64,000 nucleotides of DNA, taken from NCBI GenBank assembly GCA_030431975.1, contig JAUIHP010000007.1, positions 66,554 through 130,553 of the forward strand, given 5' to 3'. This DNA is from a bacterium (GTDB taxonomy: Bacteria > Eisenbacteria > RBG-16-71-46 > CAIMUX01). Both the position numbers and the translations under genes were made by a program. Of the stretch, positions 19,058 through 29,300 are shown piece by piece. Positions within the stretch are counted from its first letter, which is position 1, and each line of letters opens with the position of its first letter. The notes beneath the pieces were generated by a model, which saw only the letters and a program-made list of their open reading frames with translations, had not been told where the DNA came from and made no database searches.

Positions 19058-22000
19058 ATGACAAGCGACTCACAAAGTCCCGGCCAATCCCATGGGCCGA
19101 CGGAAGGCTTCGACCTCGAATCCAGTGACGGTTCTCGCCGTAGCTTCGTCGACGGTTCGGTCGTAGCCGGTCGGTACCGGATCGACGCCTACCTCGACGA
19201 AGGCGGAATGGGCCAGGTCTATCGGGCGCACGATCTGGACTTGGATGTGCCCCTGGCCCTGAAGACGATTCAACCTGCGGTCGCGGCGAACCCGGCCTCT
19301 CTCCGACGATTCAAGCAGGAGATCCTGCTCGCTCGTTCGGTCAGCCATCCCAACGTGTGCCGCATCTTCGATCTCTGGCGGGACGAAGCGAGCGGAGTCT
19401 CGTTCCTGACGATGGAGCTGCTTGCTGGTCAGTCCCTCGCATCCCGCATCCGCGAGGGAGGCGCGATGGTCCTCGGGGACTGCCTTCTGCTGGTCCGGCA
19501 GATGGCGAACGCGCTCGACGCCGCGCACCGGGCGGGAGTCGTACATCGGGACTTCAAGAGTGCGAACGTCATGTTGGTGCCGACGCAGTCCGGAGAGCGA
19601 GCCGTCATCACGGACTTCGGACTGGCTGTCACGGTTGGAAGAGGGGCTACTGTCCGGAGCGATCGCTCCGCGGGTTCCGATACCACAATCGAAGAAGCGA
19701 CCGACGAGATGTCGCCGCAGGAGTCGGACGCGACGATAGCTTTGTCCCAGGGCCGAGGCGCGATCGTCGGGACGCCGGCCTACATGTCTCCCGAACAGGT
19801 TGCGGGCGGCGTTGTCGGCCCGGCGAGTGATCTCTATGCGCTGGGGGTGGTCCTCTTCGAAATGACGACGGGACGTCTTCCGTTCTCCGGCTCGACACCG
19901 ATCGAAGTTGCACGAGCGCACGTGACGCACACACCTCCCAATCCCGCGGAACTCGGAGTCATAGAGCCGCACTGGGAAGAGGCGATCCTCCGTCTGCTCT
20001 CGAAGGATCCGGCTTTGCGTTACGCCAGCGCGGCCGACGTCGTGGGTGCTCTCGAGGGTCACATCGAGTCGACACCGATGGTCCGTCACTCGTTGCCGTC
20101 GGAACGCGACTCCTTCGTGGGCCGTAGTGCGGATATCGATGCCATCGCTGCCCGGCTGGAGACGGAGGATGGAACCGGCTGTCGTGTCCTTACGCTGCAG
20201 GGCACGGGAGGAACCGGGAAGACGCGGCTTTCTCTTCGCTACGGGTGGGAGAGCCTGTCGCGTTGGCCGGGAGGCGTCTGGTTCTGCGACCTCAGTGAAG
20301 TGCGCAGCGCAGACGGTATTGCTGCCGCGGTGGCATCGGCTCTGGAGGCTCGTCTCAGCGAACGAAACCCGATCGATCACGTCGGCAACATCATGGCCGG
20401 TCGGGGGAAGAGCCTTTTCATCCTGGACAACTTCGAGCAGGTGGTCGAACACGCCGGCGTCACACTCGCAAAGTGGCTGAAAGCGTCTGGAAATACGAGA
20501 TTCCTGGTCACCAGTCGTGAGCGTCTCAGACTCTCGGAAGAGGATGTGTACGCGCTCGAACCTTTGGAGCCGGGTACGCACGGCGTCGATCTTTTTGCCG
20601 CCCGCGCAGCGTCGCACCGTCCCGGTTTCGAGATCGACGACACGAACCGGGAGCTCGTCGCCGACATCGTCCGGCGGCTGGACGGACTACCTCTTGCCAT
20701 TGAGCTTGCTGCATCGCGACTTCGAATGCTGAGTCTCGAACAACTGAGGACACGCTTGGAGGACCGGTTCCGGATCCTGGCCGGTGGGAACCCGGGACGT
20801 CACCAGACGCTGCGAGCGACTCTGGACTGGTCCTGGGAGTTGCTTCGTCCATGGGAACAAGCTGCGGTGGCCCAGGCATCGATCTTTGAAGGCGGATTCA
20901 CTCTGGAGGCTGCTGAAGACGTGATCGATTTGTCGATGTACGACGAGGACCCCTTCGTCCTCGACGTCATCCAGTCCCTGGTGGACAAGAGTTGGCTTCA
21001 CACGAAGTCTGCCCTCGGAGCCTTTCGGTTCAACACGTACGCCTCGGTTCAGGAATACGCCCGCGAGCGCGCGAAGGAGAACGCCACCCGGGACGATGCG
21101 CAGTCGTCCGGGCTCGTCGAGTCGAGGCATGGTGACTTCTATGCCCGGATCGGAACCGAGTCTCTGGCGAGTGTTCAGGGTCCAATGCGGTCGACGGTTC
21201 GTACCGCATTGCTTGCAGAGCGAGACAACCTCGTCACGGCTTGTCGACGGGCAGTCGCCCGCCGCGATGCCAACACGGCGGAAGCTACGTTTCGCGCAGC
21301 GGAGAGTGTGGTTTCCGTGAAGGGGCCGTTCGGTCTGACGGTGGAGTTGGGCCGTCAGGTGATTGAGTTCCTGGACCGCGCGAAATCCGGACGCGCTCTT
21401 GTCTGTATCGGAAACGCGGAAAGGCGTTCCGGGAACGTGCAGAGTGCGCGGGAGTTCTACGAGACCGCGTTTGCCGTGGCTCGAGAGACCGGGGATCGCC
21501 ATCTCGAAGGAACACTGATCAGTCACATCGCTGTGCTCGACGCCAGTGAGGGTCGTGTCAAGGAAGCGGAGGAAGGAATGCTCGGGTCCCTGGCGATCGC
21601 CCGCGAGCTTGGCGACCGGGTCGTGGAGGGCAATGACCTCGGAAATCTCGGTGTCCTTTATGCGACACAGGGCCGATTGGACGATGCGCAAAGCCACTAC
21701 GAGGCGGCCCTTGCGGTACATCAAGCGTCCGGCCACCGCGAAGGTGAGGCCATGATCCTGAGCTCCCTCAGCAATCTGCTCGTCGATCAGAATCGGTTTC
21801 AGGAGGCCGGTAAGCGGTGCACGGATACGACGGAGATCGCCCGCGAACTCGGCAACCATGTACTGGAAGGATACGCGCTCAGCACGTTGGCGCTGATCGA
21901 TCGGCTGCAGGGACGAATCGACGTCGCATTGACGCACAGCATGGCGGCGCTGGAGATCGCGCGCCGGTCCGGCGACCGGCGTTTCGAAGGCTACCTGCTG

Positions 22001-22540
22001 GGAGACCTCGGCGCGCTTTACCACGTGGACGGGCGAATCGACCTGGCTCTCGAAAGCCTGAGGGAAGCACTGTCGATCACGCGCGAGGTTCGAAACCGGG
22101 CCGGAGAAGCCGTCGTCCACAGCAACCTGGCCCGCCTTCTGGCAGACCAGGGTCAGCTCGACGAAGCGCGAGAGCACGTCGAAGTCGCGCTGTCGGTCCA
22201 TCGCGATCTGGGCGACGGGACGGCCGAGGGGATCGCTCTTTCTACTCTTGGTCTGATCGAACGACATCAGGGCAGAATGGATGCCGCCGAGATCTGTTTC
22301 CGTGACAGCGAGTCCATTCTCAGGGAAAGCGACGACCGGATAGAACTCGGGTTGGTCCTTTGTGCCAAGGGGGAGTTCCTCGTTGAAACGTCGAAGCTAG
22401 GAAGTGCTCAGGACGCACTTGTCGAAGCCGAGTCCATTGTGGACGACCTGGCTTTGATGCCGCAGTCACAACTTGTTCGTCGGGTTGCGGCTCTTCGTGA
22501 GGCGATCACCGCCGCCGGCGGGCCGGCGGAAGCGGTTTGA
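19058..22540 (+). CDS. Ser/Thr protein kinase fused to STAND (NB-ARC/AAA) NTPase and TPR repeats
   Basis: Hanks kinase motifs 'GGMGQVYRA', 'HRDFKSANVM', 'DFGLA' and 'GTPAYMSPE'. A P-loop 'GTGGTGKTRL' follows, then an array of TPR-like repeats of the form 'GDR..EG..L..LG.LY...GR.D.A'. Confidence 0.85.
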   Translation: MTSDSQSPGQSHGPTEGFDLESSDGSRRSFVDGSVVAGRYRIDAYLDEGGMGQVYRAHDLDLDVPLALKTIQPAVAANPASLRRFKQEILLARSVSHPNVCRIFDLWRDEASGVSFLTMELLAGQSLASRIREGGAMVLGDCLLLVRQMANALDAAHRAGVVHRDFKSANVMLVPTQSGERAVITDFGLAVTVGRGATVRSDRSAGSDTTIEEATDEMSPQESDATIALSQGRGAIVGTPAYMSPEQVAGGVVGPASDLYALGVVLFEMTTGRLPFSGSTPIEVARAHVTHTPPNPAELGVIEPHWEEAILRLLSKDPALRYASAADVVGALEGHIESTPMVRHSLPSERDSFVGRSADIDAIAARLETEDGTGCRVLTLQGTGGTGKTRLSLRYGWESLSRWPGGVWFCDLSEVRSADGIAAAVASALEARLSERNPIDHVGNIMAGRGKSLFILDNFEQVVEHAGVTLAKWLKASGNTRFLVTSRERLRLSEEDVYALEPLEPGTHGVDLFAARAASHRPGFEIDDTNRELVADIVRRLDGLPLAIELAASRLRMLSLEQLRTRLEDRFRILAGGNPGRHQTLRATLDWSWELLRPWEQAAVAQASIFEGGFTLEAAEDVIDLSMYDEDPFVLDVIQSLVDKSWLHTKSALGAFRFNTYASVQEYARERAKENATRDDAQSSGLVESRHGDFYARIGTESLASVQGPMRSTVRTALLAERDNLVTACRRAVARRDANTAEATFRAAESVVSVKGPFGLTVELGRQVIEFLDRAKSGRALVCIGNAERRSGNVQSAREFYETAFAVARETGDRHLEGTLISHIAVLDASEGRVKEAEEGMLGSLAIARELGDRVVEGNDLGNLGVLYATQGRLDDAQSHYEAALAVHQASGHREGEAMILSSLSNLLVDQNRFQEAGKRCTDTTEIARELGNHVLEGYALSTLALIDRLQGRIDVALTHSMAALEIARRSGDRRFEGYLLGDLGALYHVDGRIDLALESLREALSITREVRNRAGEAVVHSNLARLLADQGQLDEAREHVEVALSVHRDLGDGTAEGIALSTLGLIERHQGRMDAAEICFRDSESILRESDDRIELGLVLCAKGEFLVETSKLGSAQDALVEAESIVDDLALMPQSQLVRRVAALREAITAAGGPAEAV

Positions 22541-22542
22541 TC

Positions 22543-22613
22543 AGCAAAGCAGCAAAGCAGCAAAGCGGTAGAGCAGCAGAGCGGTAGAGCTGCACAGCGG
22601 TAGAGCAGCAGCT
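22543..22613. repeat. compound simple tandem repeat in convergent intergenic region
   Basis: 'cagcaaag' occurs three times, then three copies of a 15-16-nt unit 'gcggtagagc(a/t)gca(g/c)ag'. It lies between the kinase stop and the DUF2147 stop. Confidence 0.7.
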
Positions 22614-22660
22614 GGCTCGTCCTCCCCACTGGCAGTTGCGCACTTCTTCCGTCTTCCGAC

Positions 22661-23179
22661 TCAGTCCGGCTCGCGGCCGAGGAGCGGGTCGAGTGAATCT
22701 TCGTCGATGCGTGTCCACCGGACCGTCTTGCCGAAGACCAGTGCGACCCGGATGTTGACGTCCAGTTCGTCGGGCGAGACCAGCTCCAGCGTGGTGCTGT
22801 AGGTCTTGTCCCGCGCTTCGACGTAGAACTTGCCGGACTTCCACTCGTTACCGCCGGCGTGGGTGAAGTTGCGAAGGACTTCGGAGCCGATGGCGTTCTT
22901 TGTGTCGAAGGATTCGCCGTCCTCCTCGTACTTGGCCTTCTCCTCTTCGGTGAAGGGGCGTGCCCAGACGATGGTTCCGCAGTACTCCGTGGCTTGATCG
23001 GAGTCATCGCTGGCGTTTCCGGACCGGGGCGCCGCGTCCTCATTGCAGGGCGCGATGACGACTTTGAAAGTGCCTTCGTTGGTGAGCCAGAGACCTTCGA
23101 TGTCGTCCGGGGAGTACGTCGCGTTGGCCGGCATGACAAAGCTGCAAAGAGTGAGAACTGTGATCGAGAGTATGGACAT
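22661..23179 (-). CDS. DUF2147 domain protein (periplasmic)
   Basis: A signal peptide followed by 'GLWLTNEGTFKVVIAPC...YCGTIVWARP...GSEVLRNFTHAGGNEWKSGKFY', which matches the DUF2147 pattern. The start was chosen at M28. Confidence 0.6.
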   Translation of the reverse strand: MSILSITVLTLCSFVMPANATYSPDDIEGLWLTNEGTFKVVIAPCNEDAAPRSGNASDDSDQATEYCGTIVWARPFTEEEKAKYEEDGESFDTKNAIGSEVLRNFTHAGGNEWKSGKFYVEARDKTYSTTLELVSPDELDVNIRVALVFGKTVRWTRIDEDSLDPLLGREPD

Positions 23180-23420
23180 TCCGGTGCGTCCGAGCATGCC
23201 GGCGAGCGAGTGTTGGGATCGAACGCAAACGCTAGGGGAATCGTCAGGAAGTACGCGCATCTGAGTGACCTCGAGTTGATAGACAGCATCCGAAAGGAGG
23301 GATCTTTCGAAGCCTCTCGAAACGGTCTCAATCCACCGGTTGTTGTCTTGGAATTCGATCGCGGACCAAGGATGGATGCGTTCCCTTCACGGGAGCACTC
23401 TTCAAAAGAAGGAAGAATCA

Positions 23421-24188
23421 ATGCCGAGTCCGACACTCCTACGGAATCTTGTAGGCGGTTCTGCCATGGCGATCTGCGTTCTCGCTTCCGATGGCCTGGC
23501 AGAATCCAGGCTTCGAGCCGAGCTGGAACTCGGAGCGGTCTGGCAGAGCAAGAACGACGTTCAGATTCCGAACGAAGAAGAGGCCACGCGGTTCTCCCTG
23601 GTCGACCTGGTTGGCAATGCTCCGACGGGAGCCGCCCGTCTCAACCTGCGTTGGACGTTCGCCGAGAAGCAGCAGCTGCATGTTCTGCTGGCTCCTCTCC
23701 AGATTCGGAAGACGGGGACGCCGGACACCGAGATTGTTTTCGCGGGAGAGAGCTTTGAGGCGAACGAAGAAGTCGAGGCGACGTACCGTTTCAACTCTTG
23801 GCGGTTGGGGTATCGCTATCAGCTGATCGACCGGCCAAGTGGAGAGTTCTGGCTGGGGTTCACCGGGAAGCTGCGAGACGCCGAGGTTAGGATAGAGCAG
23901 AGGAACCTGTCGGCAAAGGACGACGACCTTGGCTTCGTCCCGTTGCTGCATCTGGGCGGACGCTACGAGTTGGCTCCTTCCTGGAACGCGATCGTCGAAG
24001 TGGAAGGATTGGCGGGAGGCCCGGGTCGTGCGATCGACGGGACGGTGCAACTTCGGTACGGCGACCCGGATGGGACCGGGATTCGCGTCGGGTACCGGAC
24101 GGTCGAAGGTGGAGCGGATGTGGATCAGGTCTACAACTTTGCCTGGCTCAACTATGCGCTCGTGGGACTGGACTTGAAGCTTCGGTAG
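23421..24188 (+). CDS. hypothetical outer-membrane beta-barrel protein
   Basis: An ATG with an AAGGAAG Shine-Dalgarno sequence, a signal peptide ('AMAICVLASDGLA') and amphipathic strand-like repeats. It ends in 'GLDLKLR' and has no recognised domain. Confidence 0.5.
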   Translation: MPSPTLLRNLVGGSAMAICVLASDGLAESRLRAELELGAVWQSKNDVQIPNEEEATRFSLVDLVGNAPTGAARLNLRWTFAEKQQLHVLLAPLQIRKTGTPDTEIVFAGESFEANEEVEATYRFNSWRLGYRYQLIDRPSGEFWLGFTGKLRDAEVRIEQRNLSAKDDDLGFVPLLHLGGRYELAPSWNAIVEVEGLAGGPGRAIDGTVQLRYGDPDGTGIRVGYRTVEGGADVDQVYNFAWLNYALVGLDLKLR

Positions 24189-24297
24189 TCGGACTGCGGG
24201 CACGCATCGAGGCTCTCCGTGCTCTTGGACGACCTGCAGCAGCAATTCAACCTAAGTGTGTGGTCACGGCTCGCACCCGCGAATTGCCGATCCGCGG

Positions 24298-25272
24298 CTA
24301 CGGACGAGCTGCCATGTATTCCATGATCACCCCTGCTGTGACCGCGTGACCTTTCTCATTCAAGTGCCACGGATCGTAGTACCGTTCGTTGTGGATCTTG
24401 ATCTCGTCCGGATCGAATTCGGACAGCCCCGGAAGCAGGTCGAGCGGCTCCATCCCCGCACGGCCGGCGACCTCCGCCAGTCTCGCGTGAAGATCCGCCA
24501 ATGAGTTTTCTCCCAAGCTGCGTCCCTCTTCGAAGATTGGATGAATGAGGAACACGACCGGGACTCCTTCCTGCTTTCCAGCTTCCCCGATGGCTTCCAC
24601 GTGCCTTACGACGTCGTCCCAGTAGATGCAGTGAAGCCGGGCATGAAACTCTCCGGGACAATTGCGTCCCTTCAGTCGTTCCCGAACCGAGAAGGCCGAA
24701 CGCCGCACGAAGTCGACCAGGTAACTGCGGGGACGGTGGTGAAACACGCCGAGGTTTCCGTTGGCGTTGTGCATGACCGGATCGGCGGGATCGTTTAGAC
24801 AGTAGCTCCACAGAATGACGTCGGGGTCATAGGTGAAGGCTTCTTCTTCCAGTAGCACTCGTTCCTGCACGGTGGAATAGCCGACGCGGGCGAGGACGAT
24901 GACTTCAACGGATTTCCCGGGAATCTGGAGTGAGTCTTCGATGACGGAGGCGAATCGTACCGAGGGGTCGACGTCGCGGCCGTCGGCCACAGAGTCGCCG
25001 ATGAGGACGATCCGGTAGACGCCGTCCGGTTTGGCCAGTGAATGCTCGTCGTCGATGTAACCCCGCGAGTTCACTTCCGGAAAGTCGGGGTCGTAGGTGT
25101 AGATGAGCCCTGGCGTCGCGGACGGGATTGCCCGCATTCCACCCTCGTCGAACTGGCCGGCAAGCTGCTCCCGCTTTGCGGATGCGACACCGCGGAGGCC
25201 GAACTCCGCAAGACCGAAGAGCAGCAGCAGAACAAAGAGCAACAGCAGCAGGGAAAGTTGACGCGCCTTCAT
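24298..25272 (-). CDS. SGNH/GDSL-family hydrolase
   Basis: Signal/TM segment, then 'YRIVLIGDSVADG' (a GDS block) and C-terminal 'DPWHLNEKGH' (a DxxH block). Confidence 0.65.
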   Translation of the reverse strand: MKARQLSLLLLLFVLLLLFGLAEFGLRGVASAKREQLAGQFDEGGMRAIPSATPGLIYTYDPDFPEVNSRGYIDDEHSLAKPDGVYRIVLIGDSVADGRDVDPSVRFASVIEDSLQIPGKSVEVIVLARVGYSTVQERVLLEEEAFTYDPDVILWSYCLNDPADPVMHNANGNLGVFHHRPRSYLVDFVRRSAFSVRERLKGRNCPGEFHARLHCIYWDDVVRHVEAIGEAGKQEGVPVVFLIHPIFEEGRSLGENSLADLHARLAEVAGRAGMEPLDLLPGLSEFDPDEIKIHNERYYDPWHLNEKGHAVTAGVIMEYMAARP

Positions 25273-25437
25273 GACGGTCTCATCGTGGCCACACAACTGG
25301 CCCGCCTCCGATGCGCGTCAGCAAGCTGATTCCGGCTTCGGTTCCCCGAGTTTGTGGTCATTGGAGAGACCCCACTTCCTTGTTCATCCCCCACGAATGT
25401 GCGACCATCCCGGGTTCCGAAACTCCGAGGGAGAGCC

Positions 25438-26226
25438 ATGGTCGGCCCATACAAAGTCGTCATCGAGAGCTTTGTCGCGGGAATCTTCGCGAGTATAGCC
25501 TGCGGCCTGGGCGCGCTCCCTGTCCTCTCCAAGAGATTCGATCCTTCCCGCCGCATTGGTCTGGCCTACGCGTTTGCGGGCGGCCTCATGTTCGCGGCGT
25601 CGACCTATAATCTACTCCTTCCGGCGCTGACGATGGGGGCCGAAGAGGGGGTCAGTCTCGGCCCCGTCGTGAAGACGCTCGTCGGATTGCTGCTGGGATG
25701 TGTCTTCATTTGGCAGGTGGAGAAACGGCTTCCGCACGAAGACGATGGAAGCGCGCTCATGAGGTCCGTCGGAGGCCGAACCGGCGCGTTGGTCTTCATT
25801 GCGATGACGTTTCACTCGATTCCGGAAGGCGTCGCTGTTGGTGTCGGATTTGCCTCCGAGGCTCACCAAGTCTCCTACCAGGACCTCGGCATCTACATCG
25901 CCATGGCCATTGCCATCCACAACATTCCGGAAGGGATGGCGGTGGCTCTGCCGGCGAGAGCGGCTGGCGCTTCCTTCCTGAAGTGCTTCTTTCTCGCCTT
26001 TCTGACCAGCTTGCCGCAACCGATTGCGTCGATTCCGGCCAGTCTCCTCGTATGGTTCTTCGAACCCTTGATGCTCCCGCTCTTCGGCTTTGCTGCCGGA
26101 GCCATGATGTACCTGGTCATCGTCGAACTGATCCCGGACAGCCTGGAGGAAGAGTCGCCGACCCAGGTCTCGTGGGGATTCATGTTGGGCTTTGCACTCA
26201 TGGTCCTGGTCCAGGTCGCCCTCTAA
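25438..26226 (+). CDS. zupT: ZIP-family divalent metal (zinc) transporter
   Basis: An eight-TM layout with 'HSIPEGVAVG' and 'IHNIPEGMAV' metal-binding TM motifs. The ATG has a GAGGGAGAG Shine-Dalgarno sequence upstream. Confidence 0.8.
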   Translation: MVGPYKVVIESFVAGIFASIACGLGALPVLSKRFDPSRRIGLAYAFAGGLMFAASTYNLLLPALTMGAEEGVSLGPVVKTLVGLLLGCVFIWQVEKRLPHEDDGSALMRSVGGRTGALVFIAMTFHSIPEGVAVGVGFASEAHQVSYQDLGIYIAMAIAIHNIPEGMAVALPARAAGASFLKCFFLAFLTSLPQPIASIPASLLVWFFEPLMLPLFGFAAGAMMYLVIVELIPDSLEEESPTQVSWGFMLGFALMVLVQVAL

Positions 26227-26387
26227 GAACGCGCCGAATCCGAAGTCAACCAAGCGGCCTCGTTCCAGGAGACTGTCGTCGGAGTCGGCGGAATCGTCCT
26301 CCACCATCGCCGCTGGCGCCGCTCGCGCCGCTGTAGTGCTGCGGATCGCTGCCGCCTCGCGCTTCCCGGACGAAGTCCTGGCTACAT

Positions 26388-29300
26388 CTACCGTGAACCG
26401 CTCGCACCTCCGTTCCTGAATCGCATCTCCGCGAACAGACTGTAGAGCACCGGCACCATGAAGGTGGTCAGGATGACGAAGACCATGCCTCCAAACGAGG
26501 GGATGGCCATCGGCACCATGACATCCGAGCCGCGACCGGTGGAACTGAGAACCGGGAGCAGTGCAAGTAGCGTCGTTGCGGTCGCCATCAGGCAGGGACG
26601 AATCCTCCTCCGCCCAGCTTCCAAAGCCGCTTTTCGAATCTCATCGACGGACTTCGGTCCCGCGCGGCGGAAGGTTTGATCGAGATAGGTCCCGATGATG
26701 ACTCCATTGTCGGTTGCGATCCCGAAGAGGGCGATGAAACCGACCCAGACCGCCACGCTTAGGTTGAGCGGACGAATGTCGAAGAGTTGGCGCAGGTCGA
26801 CTCCGAAGAAGGGAACATCCAGGAACCAGCCCTGACCGTAAAGCCAGAGAAGCAGGAACCCTCCCGCCCATGAGACGGCGATCCCGGAAAAGACGAGTCC
26901 GGTCAGAGTGACCGACTGGAACTGCAGGTACAGAATCAGAAAGACGAGAGCCAAGGCGAGCGGCAGGATAACGGCCAGCGTCTTCTGCGCCCGCACCTGG
27001 TTCTTGTAGCTTCCCGTGAACTCGTAGCTGACTCCGGCCGGAACGACGATATGACCGTCTTCGATGCGACTGGCCAGGTAGTCCCTCGCGTGCTCGACCA
27101 CATCGACCTCGGCGTAACCGTCCTTCTTGTCGAAGATGACGTAGCCGAGAAGGAACGTGTCCTCGCTCTTGATGACCTGAGGTCCGCGTACGTACCGGAT
27201 CTCGGCCAGCTGGCGAAGGGGAATCTGCGACCCGTCCGGCGCCGCGACGAGGACGCGCTCGATCGATCCGATGTCGTCGCGCAGTTCACGCGGATAGCGA
27301 ACCCGAACGTCATAGCGTGCGCGTCCTTCCACCGTTCGTGTGACGGTTTTGCCGCCGATGGCGGTTTCGATGACGTCCTGGACCTTGGCCAAATGAATGC
27401 CGTGACGGGCGATGGCCTGACGGTCGATGTGGATCTCGAGATAAGGCTTGCCGACGATGCGGTCCGCGACGACCGCGTTGGCTTGCACCGACGGCACCTT
27501 CTTCAGTTCACGTTCCAGTTCGAGCCCGAAGGCCTCGATCGTTTCCTGATTCGGCCCGCGCACCTGGATGCCGAGCGGCGCGCGCATTCCGCTTTGCAGC
27601 ATGACGATTCGTGCTGCGATCGGTTGCAGCCGGGGTGCACTGGTCGTACCGGGGATTCGTGTCACTTCCAGGATCTGGTCCCAGATGTCATCCGGATCTT
27701 GGATTCCCTCCCAGGCCGTCCGGTCCGGGTTGAGTTTCGGATCGAGCGGGGGCCGCCAAAGTCGGAACGGACGTCCCTTCGAATCCGGAATGAGTTCACC
27801 GTTTGCGTCCCGCTCGAAAGCGCCCCGCGCAAGGTACGGTTGTCCGTCGGGAGCCCAGACTTCGCGCCCGTTCAGATCTCGCACCGTCTCTTCGGCGTCA
27901 GCGTCGAAGCGAAACCGCAGACGCTTTCCGTGCGCGTCTTCCAGGTACTCGGGATGGTAGTTGATGACCGTTTCGATCATGGAGACCGGCGCCGGATCCA
28001 ACGCGGAGTCAACCCGACCGATCTTGCCGACGGCGGTACGGACTTCGGGGATCGACTCGATGGCCATGTCCTGCTTTCGAAGAACGTCATAGGCCTCGCC
28101 GATGGACGCGTGAGGCATCGTGGTCGGCATGAAAAGGAAGGAGCCTTCGTCGAGCGGAGGCATGAACTCCTTGCCGAGCCCGGGGAACGCATGAGCGACG
28201 GTAGAGACCAGCGGAGTTGTTCGGACAGAGGTCGGAAGCCAGCCGAAGAACGCGTCGAAACCGACCCAAACCCACGTACCCAGCGCCATGACCGCGATGG
28301 GGATGGCAAGAAACGCACCCTTGTTGCGGAGCGCCCATTCCAGAATCGGGCCATAGGCGCGCTGCAGTGCCATCAAAGCAAGCAGAAGGGAACCGATGAC
28401 GACCAGGACGAACGCGAAGTTGCCGATCAGGCCCCGCTCCGGTCCCAGCGGTTCCCAGAACCGACTGAGCAGGACGAGGACGATCACGGCGATCACCGCG
28501 TTTACCCAGCGTCCCGAGAACTTTCGCGACAGGTTACCTGGCAGGTCGCCTGACCAGCCAGCCGTCGCCGCTTGCGGCGCCGCGCTTCTCCGCCGAAAGA
28601 GAATCTGGGCGATCGCCGGGATGACGAAGAGCGCGATGAGAACCGCGGCTAACAGTGCGAACGTCTTTGTGAACGCCAGTGGACGAAAGAGCTTGCCCTC
28701 CGCTCCTGTCATCGTGAACACGGGGAGGAAGCTGACGATGGTCGTGGCTGTCGCCGTCAAGACGGCACTCGCCACTTCCCGTGTTGCCTTCGATACGACA
28801 TCGAACATGCGAGTCTTGGGACCGGCTCGGTCGAGGTGACGAAGAATGTTCTCCGTGACGACGATGCCCATGTCGACCATCGTCCCGATGGCTATGGCGA
28901 TCCCGGAGAGCGCAACGATGTTCGCCTCGACCCCGAACTGCTTCATTGCGATGAACGACATGAGAACAGCCAAAGGAAGCAGCGCGGAGACGAGGAGAGA
29001 GCTTCGAAGGTGCATGACCATGACCAGGACGACCACGATCGTGATCAGGATCTCGTTGGAAAGAGCGTGCGAGAGCGTTCCCAACGTTTCCTCGATGAGT
29101 TCCGTCCGGTCATAGAACGGGACGATCGTCACCTTGCTGGTCGTGCCGTCGTCCAGCGTCTTGCTGGGAAGTCCTGCCGCGATCTCCTCGATCTTGGCTT
29201 TGACCGACTGAATAGCGGCCAAAGGGTTCTCGCCGTGTCGAACGACGACGACGCCACCCACGGCTTCGGCCCCGCCTTTGTCGAGCACACCTCGCCGGAG

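Noticed and set aside
19070-22267. Minus-strand ORFs of 515 and 526 aa opposite the kinase-STAND-TPR gene
   Set aside because: The sense frame contains Hanks kinase motifs and a P-loop. The antisense frames are Arg-rich.
22408-23436. 342-aa minus-strand ORF spanning the kinase 3' end, intergenic repeat and DUF2147 gene
   Set aside because: It is a Ser/Thr/Pro/Arg low-complexity translation that crosses a microsatellite and overlaps two better-supported genes.
27051-28553. 500-aa plus-strand ORF inside the RND permease gene
   Set aside because: It is antisense to a 12-TM RND protein that carries canonical blocks.
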